Source: Ranitomeya imitator (Eukaryota). From it: 64,000 bases of DNA. The translations under genes and the position numbers were made by a program. Position 1 is the stretch's first letter; each line of letters starts with the position of its first letter. Below the pieces are notes generated by a model. That model had not been told where the DNA came from. It saw only the letters and a program-made list of their open reading frames with translations, and ran no database searches. Below are positions 1 through 8,497 of this stretch, piece by piece. The stretch lies in NCBI RefSeq assembly GCF_032444005.1, contig NC_091282.1, positions 982,452,001-982,516,000 of the forward strand, given 5' to 3'.

Positions 1-1648
1 ACCCGCTGTATAGGAGCTTCCCTCCCTTTTTTTTATACTGATATGTTTATGATATTTTAAAAAAATCAAGTGATTTTGTGTGTTTTGATACGATTTCTAT
101 ATTTTTAAATCAAGTCACAACTGGTGGTAAAATTACATGGTTTTGAGCTGTATATGAGCTGGGAGTCCGCTGGTGCATACCGTTTCAGCTTGATGATGGT
201 TAAAGATGACAAAATACAGTTTGGTTAAATTCATCTTAATAAAGCTGTGGCCGACTCTAACACAAATATAACTTCTTTTATGGACAGTGTATTTTTTTTT
301 AAAGGTGGGTGTTATGTTTATGGGGCTTATGTTTTCATATCAACAGTCCACGGTTCACTGGAGGTCTGCCTTTAGACTGCTCCGCAGTCTCCAGTAAGCA
401 CAAGCCCCCTTAAACGGAACCTGTCAGCAAGATTGTGATTAGTAAACTACAGGCAGTGTCAGGTTGGTGCTGTTATACTGATTAAAATGATACCTTGGTT
501 GATGAAATCCGTCTTGTGGTTGTTGTTTAATCTTAATTTTCAGTATTGAGTTAATGATGTGCTCGTGCTTCGGTGCGGCACTCAAGCATTTTACTGCTCG
601 ATAATCACTTTACGGCACATTTAGAAAAAAACAAAAAACAGAATATGCAAGGGAGCAGCAGAATTAAAAACAAAAGCTGGCCAAATTTGACCTGGTGACA
701 GATTTTCCAAATTATGTTTCCCTATGCATGGGCAACATACTCCAGCTATATGTTTGTAATCGTAATAATTTTGTGCCCGTTGACCAATAGGAGAAATGTT
801 ATGTGTCTGATGTCTTCATGAGAGAAGTGCTCACCTTGTTTCCCACTATTACTGGGGTCTCAGGAGCTATGTCATAATGTCTGTATACTCTTTTGCTCCC
901 TCCCTGCCCAGGAGATGTATGAATGAGATGTATGATCAGACCATGTTCCTGTACGGTCAGACACAGCCATTACACAGCACATAGCAGGGGCATATTTATA
1001 ACATTTTCTCAGCATAGGATCAATTTTTTAAACACATCCAATTGTGGAAATTATTATTATTCAAAGATCTATTAATTAAAATGTTGATTAAAATTTACTT
1101 TGTTCGTGGGAAAACCTCTTTAACCCCTTTCCCACATTATACGTATAGTTCTGTCTAAGGTGCGCTCCCCATTTGCTGCGGGCTCCGGCAGTGAGCCCAA
1201 AACTTTTCTGGCACATGTCAGCTGATCTGAACAGCTGACATGTGTCTCTGAGAGCAGCGTGTGGAATTGTGATCCACCCGCAGCTGTAAACATGTTAAAT
1301 GCCACTGTCAATTATTGACAGCGGCATTTGACATGCTTGCACCAGGGCGCATCACTAATCCCACCCATCAGCGCCCATGTCACATGACCGTGGATTACCA
1401 ATGGGTTGGAATGACAACCCAGGGTCTGCAACTGTGGTTGTCACTGCCAGATAGCAATGAGCACCGCCAAGCGGTTGGCGCTCATAGCAAGTGCAGACGC
1501 CCTGCTCTGTGTAGCACAAGTGATCACATCATCACAGCTTCTAATCTCCCATGGAGACTACTAAAGCAAGTGAAAAGTAAAAAACATAATGTTTTTAAAA
1601 GTAGAAAAAAAAAATATCAAAAGTTCAGATCACACCCCATTCGCCCTA

Positions 1649-2637
1649 TGTTAGGACTCGCGGAACGCACCAAGAAAGGTGATATAAATGCGTTCGCAGT
1701 CCGGGGTCCACCGTGCAGGTGAAAACCTGCTGCTAGTAAATACAGACTATATGGCGGTACACTAAAGTATATACACGTGGGTTCAACCTCACCCAGCATG
1801 AAGGGAGCAATCCTGTTGCGTCACAGGATCGCGGTACCGCACCTAAAGTGCGAGCGAGTAGTCAGCGTACTTAACCCCAACTGGGATTGAAGTCCGATTA
1901 GACCCTCGCTGGCACTACACCACAACTGGGTGTGTAAGGAAACTAAGTTTAAATATATAAATGCACAGGAGTGCGAGCAATGCCGCACAGACGGACGCCA
2001 CCAACCACACTGGCTAGGGTATGGAAAGCGCAAGGCAAGCGCACGGCGCCGTACAGGCGGACACAGCAAGAGGACGCTGTAATGTGTGTATCGTGCAGAT
2101 GATTAGTCGGGCGCTAGATAGCTACCAACATCCGCGAGCAGACAACAACTCTAGGGAGGGATATTTAGGAGCTTTCATCCATCGACATACATTCATCTAC
2201 ACACACACACATATAACGTTATGAGACAATACTAGTGCATGGCCGTGCGGTCATGCGCAGTTTATATAGTTGCAGCACAGGAAGTGGCTACAGCACTTTT
2301 GCCCTTCGAAGACCTGCCAAGAGGACCAATGGAATGTGCTGCAGAGCCTGAGCACATGACCCTCGATCTCCAACGGGAGATCTTACCCTGGGCATGCTCA
2401 GTACGTGCAGGCAAGGACTTAGTCCCAGAGAAGTCCGCTCGCTGCTGACCAGCACTGACTTTAATGGCAGAGACTGGAGAAGCAGCAGCAACTCTTCGCA
2501 CAGAGTCAGACTGAGCGAGACGCTGGGATCGACGTCCCTGCTGAGCAGACTCCACTGTGGCTGGAGGAGAACGGGAGACCGCAGCAGAGACGGATCGAGA
2601 TTCCCCCCGTGCAGCAGAGGAAACTCGACTCCTAACA
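1649..2637 (-). repeat. 3' LTR of the chromovirus, flanked by CCCTA on both sides like a solo LTR
   Basis: TG at 1649, CA at 2636-2637; CCCTA at 1644-1648 and 2638-2642. Confidence 0.93.
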
Positions 2638-2825
2638 CCCTATTCAAAATAACACAATAAAGAAAAGAAAAATACGCATACAGCTTTGGCAAAAATTAAG
2701 AGGCCACTGCAAAATGTAAATTGTTCTTTTATTCTATAAACTTCTGACATGTCTGAGAACGGGAGACCGCAGCAGAGACGGATCGAGATTCCCCCTGTGC
2801 AGCAGAGGAAACTCGACTCCTAACA
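2638..2825. repeat. Duplicated block: 117 bp of right flank (copy of 7986-8102) followed by a 71-bp LTR-end remnant (2755-2825) abutting the PPT
   Basis: 2638-2754 reads identical to 7986-8102. 2755-2825 matches LTR positions 2567-2637 / 7915-7985. Confidence 0.92.
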
Positions 2826-5800
2826 TTACCCCCCCTCCTAGGGCCCCCCCCTCCTTGGGCCTCGCTACGTTCAAAGGCAGCAATGAGCTGCGGAGCCCGA
2901 ATGTGCTCAACAGGCTCCCAGGACCTGTCCTCGGGGCCATAACCCTTCCAGTCTACCAAATAAAACTTTTTACCACGCACCACCTTGCACCCCAAAATAG
3001 TGTTCACCTCATAATCGTCCGTAGACGAACCCGATGTCCCAGCAGATGACTCGGAAAACCGGGACATATACACGGGTTTCAAGAGGGACACATGAAAGGT
3101 GTCGGTGATACCCAGGCGTGGCGGAAGGGCCAAACGATAGACCACAGGATTAACCTGCTCGAGGACCTTGAATGGGCCCAAGTAGCGAGGAGCAAATTTA
3201 GTGGACTCAACTCGCAGCCTGATGTTACGGGCGGAGAGCCACACCAAGTCGCCAGGAGCAAAGGTCGGAGCAGGGCGCCGATGAGCATCGGCGGAGGACC
3301 TCATTCTCTCCTTAGAGGCCCGAATGGCATCCTGAGTGTGGTCCCAAATATCCCGTGCCTCCACAGCCCAGTCTGCCACCCTGGAGTCGGCGGAAGACAC
3401 GGGCATAGGCACAGGTACCCGTGGATGCCGACCATAGTTGAGGAGGAATGGGGTTTGTCCAGTGGAGTCGGCTACGGCGTTGTTCAGTGCAAACTCTGCC
3501 CATGATAGCAAGGATGCCCAGTCATCCTGCCTGGCTGAAACAAAATGTCGCAGGTATGTGACCAAGGTCTGGTTGGCCCTCTCTACCAACCCATTCGTCT
3601 CGGGATGATAAGCGGAAGAGAGATTCAACTCAATACTGAGAAGACGACAGAGCTCTCTCCAGAACCGAGACGCAAACTGGGGACCCCGGTCACTGACAAT
3701 TTTGTCTGGCATACCATGCAGGCAGAAGATATGTCTAATGAACAACGCTGCCAAGGCCCGTGCAGAAGGTAACCGCGGCAGCGGCACCAAATGCACCATT
3801 TTTGAGAAATGATCGGTGATGACCCAAATGATGGTACAGCCGCGAGACTTGGGCAAACCCACAACAAAGTCCATCCCGACCATCTCCCATGGCCTATCTG
3901 CCACCGGCAAGGGATAGAGCAAACCAGCTGGCCTTTGACGCGGAGATTTATTTTTGGCGCAGGAGACACACGCCAGAACATAATCCCTGACATCCCGGAC
4001 CATATGCGGCCACCAGTACGTCCTCGCCAGTAGCTCAGATGTCCTCTTTGTCCCAAAGTGTCCACCCACCCTGGACGAATGAGCCCAAGAGAGAACCTCT
4101 GGTCGCAAATTAATGGGCACAAAAGTCTTGCCCGGAGGCACAGACTCTAGCGAAACCGGCGCCACGGTTCTCAGGCTCTCGGAAGGGACAATAAGCCGAG
4201 GCTCCTCTTCCTCCTCCTCAGTTGACATAAGGGAGCGAGAGAGAGCGTCAGCACGGATATTCTTCTCCCCGGCGAGATAATGAAGGGAAAAGTGGAACCG
4301 GGAGAAGGTCAGAGACCATCTGGCCTGGCGAGAATTTAGCCGCTGAGCTGTCTGCAAATAGACCAAATTTTTGTGGTCCGTGTAAACTTGGAAGGGAAAC
4401 CGCGCACCTTCCAGAAGGTGTCTCCACTCCGAAAAGGCCAACTTCATTGCTAGCAACTCCCTGTCCCCGATGGAGTAGTTCCTCTCCGCTGGCATGAAGG
4501 TCTTGGAGAAGAAGAAGCATGGATGCTTCCGACCTTGAGCATCCTTTTGGTAGAGGACTGCTCCAGCACCAACGGACGAGGCATCCACCTCCAGTAGGAA
4601 TGGCTTATCCACATCGGGACGATGTAAGATGGGAGCGCTAGCAAAGTGGGACTTAATAGAAGTGAAGGCCTTGGAGACCTCTTCTGACCACAATTTGGGA
4701 TTCGCTCCCTTCTTGGTGAGGGCTACCAAGGGAGCTACCAGAGTTGAGAAGTGGGGAATGAACTGGCGGTAATAGTTTATGAACCCCATAAAGCGCTGCA
4801 CCGCTTTAAGAGAATGGGGCTCTTGCCAGTCCATCACAGCCTGTAGTTTGGCAGGATCCATAGCCAATCCCTGGGCGGAGATGATATAGCCCAGGAAAGG
4901 TAAGGACTCCTGCTCAAACACACACTTCTCCAACTTTGCGTAAAGAGAGTTTGCCCGTAGGAGGTCGAAGACTCTGCCAACATCTCTCCGGTGGGAGTCA
5001 ATATCTGGAGAAAAGATGAGAATATCATCCAGATAGACTACTACCGAGGTGGAAAGCATATCCCGGAAGATGTCGTTGACAAAGTCTTGGAAAACGGCAG
5101 GTGCATTACAGAGCCCGAAGGGCATCACCAGATACTCATAGTGCCCATCTCTGGTGTTAAATGCTGTTTTCCACTCGTCCCCCTCACGGATGCGAATCAG
5201 GTTATAAGCACCCCGCAGATCTAATTTAGTAAACACTCTAGCTCCCCGAAGCCTATCGAAAAGCTCAGATATCAACGGCAAAGGGTACTTGTTCTTAACT
5301 GTGATAGCATTAAGACCCCTGAAGTCTATGCATGGACGTAGTTCTCCATTCTTCTTCTGCACGAAAAAGAACCCTGCCCCAGCAGGTGACACTGACTTCC
5401 TGATGAACCCTCTTGCCAGATTCTCTTGTATGTACTGAGACATTGCCTCCATTTCCGGGAGAGATAATGGATAGACTCGACCCCGGGGAGGCTCAGCACC
5501 AGGCAAGAGATCAATAGGACAGTCATAGGGGCGATGGGGCGGAAGAGTCTCCGCTGCCTTTTTGGAGAATACGTCTGCATAACACCAATATTGCTTGGGG
5601 AGAGAGGAGAGATCTGCGGGTACCTCTGTAGTAGTAACCTGAATGCACTCTCGATGACACCTGTTCCCACAAGATTCACCCCATCCCAGAATTCTGCCTG
5701 AGGACCACTCGATGTGAGGAGAGTGGTACTGTAACCAAGGTATCCCCAAGAGAACCTCATCAATTCCCTCAGGAATGACGAGTAGAGATATAATCTCCTG

Positions 5801-6967
5801 ATGAGATGGTGACATGGACAGAGTAAAAGGGATAGTTTGATGTGTAATCTGTGTGGGCAGTGTCGACCCATTCACCACTCGTACCGTTACTGGTTGAGAT
5901 AGCATGACCAGAGGAATTGCGTAACGTTGGGCGAAGGCTGAAGACATAAAATTGCCCTCCGCCCCAGAATCCACGCAAAGTTCCACCGAGTGAGAGGATG
6001 AGCCCAATGTTATTGTCCCCTTAAAAGACAATTTGGAGGCAAACGTCGCCGTGTCTAGTGCACCTCCACCAACTACCACTAGACGCTGACGTTTCCTCGA
6101 CCGCTGGAGACATCTGGAGGCAAGATGTCCAGACTGTTGGCAAAGATGACAAATCTGGAGTGCACGAGCGGTCCGGGACTTAGATCCTGCTCGAGACTCT
6201 ACCACAGGCTCATGGGGCTCAGGAGCCTGGTCTGGAGATTCCAAAGGTTTGGCGAAGGTGGGAGCCAGCCGAAACCTCTGCCTACACTGGGCTCGCTCTA
6301 ACCTCCGCTCGAGAAAACGGAGATCAATACGAGTGGATAGAGTAATTAATTCCTCCAGTGTGGCGGGAATCTCCCTAGTGGCCAGGGCGTTCTTAACGTG
6401 GTCAGCCAGCCCCCTCCAAAATATTGGAATGAGGGCTTTATCCGACCACTCCAGCTCAGATGCTAAGGTGCGGAAGTGGACGGCAAAATGACTGACCAAG
6501 GACGAGCCCTGAGTCAATGCCAACAATTGGAGCGCTGTATCATGGGTGACACGAGGTCCTAAAAAGACCTGTTTCAGAGTGCTCAGAAACAACAGAGCAG
6601 TCTGCACCACATGATCGCTATGCTCCCATAGCGGCGTAGCCCACTGCAACGCTCTGTCCGACAGAAGAGACACTATAAATCCCACCTTAGCCCGCTCTGT
6701 AGGGAAATGAGAGGCCAGAAGCTCGAGATGGATAGAGCACTGACTCACGAAACCCCTACAAGACTTACTGTCACCAGAGAATTTCTCTGGAAGCGGGAGG
6801 CGAGTTAGAGTCGGGACAGGAGCGGCAGTGGACAAGGTGGCTGCAGCAACACTAGCAGCCTGAACAGCGACAGCAGTGACATCCACAGCTGAAGTTGAAC
6901 GCTCAAGAGCCGCCAACCTTCCCTCCAGCTGCTGGATGTACCGCTGTGAACGCTGATCGTCCATCAT
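2729..6967 (-). CDS. Gag-PR-RT-RNaseH-IN-chromodomain polyprotein, one uninterrupted ORF. 1381 aa up to the LTR boundary at 2825; the last residues of the ORF-track protein result from the rearranged junction at 2754/2755.
   Basis: CCHC knuckle CHLCQQSGHLASRC; protease VDSGA; RT YLDD; RNase H DAS...ELLA...TDH; integrase HHCC zinc finger and DDE core (SAYHPETNGLVERAN); GPF motif; chromodomain YEV...YLVDWKGYGPEDRSW. Confidence 0.96.
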   Translation of the reverse strand: MMDDQRSQRYIQQLEGRLAALERSTSAVDVTAVAVQAASVAAATLSTAAPVPTLTRLPLPEKFSGDSKSCRGFVSQCSIHLELLASHFPTERAKVGFIVSLLSDRALQWATPLWEHSDHVVQTALLFLSTLKQVFLGPRVTHDTALQLLALTQGSSLVSHFAVHFRTLASELEWSDKALIPIFWRGLADHVKNALATREIPATLEELITLSTRIDLRFLERRLERAQCRQRFRLAPTFAKPLESPDQAPEPHEPVVESRAGSKSRTARALQICHLCQQSGHLASRCLQRSRKRQRLVVVGGGALDTATFASKLSFKGTITLGSSSHSVELCVDSGAEGNFMSSAFAQRYAIPLVMLSQPVTVRVVNGSTLPTQITHQTIPFTLSMSPSHQEIISLLVIPEGIDEVLLGIPWLQYHSPHIEWSSGRILGWGESCGNRCHRECIQVTTTEVPADLSSLPKQYWCYADVFSKKAAETLPPHRPYDCPIDLLPGAEPPRGRVYPLSLPEMEAMSQYIQENLARGFIRKSVSPAGAGFFFVQKKNGELRPCIDFRGLNAITVKNKYPLPLISELFDRLRGARVFTKLDLRGAYNLIRIREGDEWKTAFNTRDGHYEYLVMPFGLCNAPAVFQDFVNDIFRDMLSTSVVVYLDDILIFSPDIDSHRRDVGRVFDLLRANSLYAKLEKCVFEQESLPFLGYIISAQGLAMDPAKLQAVMDWQEPHSLKAVQRFMGFINYYRQFIPHFSTLVAPLVALTKKGANPKLWSEEVSKAFTSIKSHFASAPILHRPDVDKPFLLEVDASSVGAGAVLYQKDAQGRKHPCFFFSKTFMPAERNYSIGDRELLAMKLAFSEWRHLLEGARFPFQVYTDHKNLVYLQTAQRLNSRQARWSLTFSRFHFSLHYLAGEKNIRADALSRSLMSTEEEEEEPRLIVPSESLRTVAPVSLESVPPGKTFVPINLRPEVLSWAHSSRVGGHFGTKRTSELLARTYWWPHMVRDVRDYVLACVSCAKNKSPRQRPAGLLYPLPVADRPWEMVGMDFVVGLPKSRGCTIIWVITDHFSKMVHLVPLPRLPSARALAALFIRHIFCLHGMPDKIVSDRGPQFASRFWRELCRLLSIELNLSSAYHPETNGLVERANQTLVTYLRHFVSARQDDWASLLSWAEFALNNAVADSTGQTPFLLNYGRHPRVPVPMPVSSADSRVADWAVEARDIWDHTQDAIRASKERMRSSADAHRRPAPTFAPGDLVWLSARNIRLRVESTKFAPRYLGPFKVLEQVNPVVYRLALPPRLGITDTFHVSLLKPVYMSRFSESSAGTSGSSTDDYEVNTILGCKVVRGKKFYLVDWKGYGPEDRSWEPVEHIRAPQLIAAFERSEAQGGGGPRRGGNVRSRVSSAAQGESRSVSAAVSRSQTCQKFIE

Positions 6968-6984
6968 TTACTAGCCAGACCCTG

Positions 6985-6995
6985 GCGCTAGTATT
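6985..6995 (-). promoter_or_regulatory. Non-tRNA primer-binding site (AATACTAGCGC), putative self-priming site
   Basis: Lies just inside the 5' LTR boundary and does not start with TGG. It is 10/11 complementary to GCACTAGTATT at 7586-7576, which begins 30 nt downstream of the TATA position. Confidence 0.75.
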
Positions 6996-6996
6996 C

Positions 6997-7985
6997 TGTT
7001 AGGACTGGCGGAACGCACCAAGAAAGGTGATATAAATGCGTTCGCAGTCCGGGGTCCACCGTGCAGGTGAAAACCTGCTGCTAGTAAATACAGACTATAT
7101 GGCGGTACATTAAAGTATATACACGTGGGTTCAACCTCACCCAGCGTGAAGGGAGCAATCCTGTTGCGTCACAGGATCGCGGTACCGCACCTAAAGCGCG
7201 AGCGAGTAGTCAGCGTACTTAACCCCAACTGGGATTGAAGTCCGATTAGACCCTCGCTGGCACTACACCACAACTGGGTGTGTAAGGAAACTAAGTTTAA
7301 ATATATAAATGCACAGGAGTGCGAGCAATGCCGCACAGACGGACGCCACCAACCACACTGGCTAGGGTATGGAAAGCGCAAGGCAAGCGCACGGCGCCGT
7401 ACAGGCGGACACAGCAAGAGGACGCTGTAATGTGTGTATCGTGCAGATGATTAGTCGGGCGCTAGATAGCTACCAACATCCGCGAGCAGACAACATCTCT
7501 AGGGAGGGATATTTAGGAGCTTTCATCCATCGACATACATTCATCTACACACACACACATATAACGTTATGAGACAATACTAGTGCATGGCCGTGCGGTC
7601 ATGCGCAGTTTATTTAGTTGCAGCACAGGAAGTGGCTACAGCACTTTTGCCCTTCGAAGACCTGCCAAGAGGACCAATGGAATGTGCTGCAGAGCCTGAG
7701 CACATGACCCTCGATCTCCAACGGGAGATCTTACCCTGGGCATGCTCAGTACGTGCAGGCAAGGACTTAGTCCCAGAGAAGTCCGCTCGCTGCTGACCAG
7801 CACTGACTTTAATGGCAGAGACTGGAGAAGCAGCAGCAACTCTTCGCACAGAGTCAGACTGAGCGAGACGCTGGGATCGACGTCCCTGCTGAGCAGACTC
7901 CACTGTGGCTGGAGGAGAACGGGAGACCGCAGCAGAGACGGATCGAGATTCCCCCTGTGCAGCAGAGGAAACTCGACTCCTAACA
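6997..7985 (-). repeat. 5' LTR of the chromovirus; TATA box mutated to TAAATAAA at 7614
   Basis: TG...CA termini; near-identical to 1649-2637; followed on the minus strand by the PBS-position sequence and the gag ATG at 6967. Confidence 0.95.
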
Positions 7986-8028
7986 CCCTATTCAAAATAA
8001 CACAATAAAGAAAAGAAAAATACGCATA

Positions 8029-8497
8029 CAGCTTTGGCAAAAATTAAGAGGCCACTGCAAAATGTAAATTGTTCTTTTATTCTATAAACTTCTGACATGT
8101 CTCTGAATTTCCAAGCAATAAATTTTGTATATTCCTTCTGAAAAGGAGAAATGGTAAAAATTAAAATAAATAACCAGTGCTTTCAGACCTCAAATAATGC
8201 AAAGAAAACAAGTTCATAATCATTTAGAAACAAAAATACTAGTGTTTTAACTCAGCAATAGTTCAGAAATCAATATTTTGTGGAATAACCATGATTTTTC
8301 ATGCGTCTGGGCATGCTTTCCACCAGTCTTTCACACTGGCACAAAAATGTTAGCAGTTCTTCTTTGTTTGATGGCTTGTGAATATCCACCATCCTCTTGA
8401 TTACATTCCAGAGGTTTTCAATGGGGTTCAGGTCTGGAGATTGGGCTGAACATGACAGGGTTTTGATGTGGTGATCTCTTAATTTTTGCCAGAGCTG
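8029..8497. mobile_element. Non-autonomous Tc1-like deletion derivative
   Basis: TIR CAGCT(T/C)TGGCAAAAATTAAGAG at both ends; TA on the left; remnants of transposase C-terminal coding sequence inside. Confidence 0.8.

Larger units (their letters stand above)
1649..7985 (-). mobile_element. Full-length Ty3/Gypsy chromovirus (Tf1/sushi-like) LTR retrotransposon
   Basis: Two 989-bp TG...CA LTRs (1649-2637, 6997-7985) with about 7 substitutions by eye. 5-bp TSD CCCTA (1644-1648, 7986-7990). PPT at about 2829-2854. Single gag-pol ORF. Confidence 0.96.

Noticed and set aside
2288-2692. Second sense frame (LGVEFP...) and antisense frame in the LTR as conserved genes
   Set aside because: Closed early in several of the related LTRs and not continuous with pol. 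They do show that U3 is stop-poor, which is noted as a caveat.
3079-6491. Many short ORFs overlapping gag-pol
   Set aside because: Shadow frames of a GC-rich coding region with no recognisable domains.
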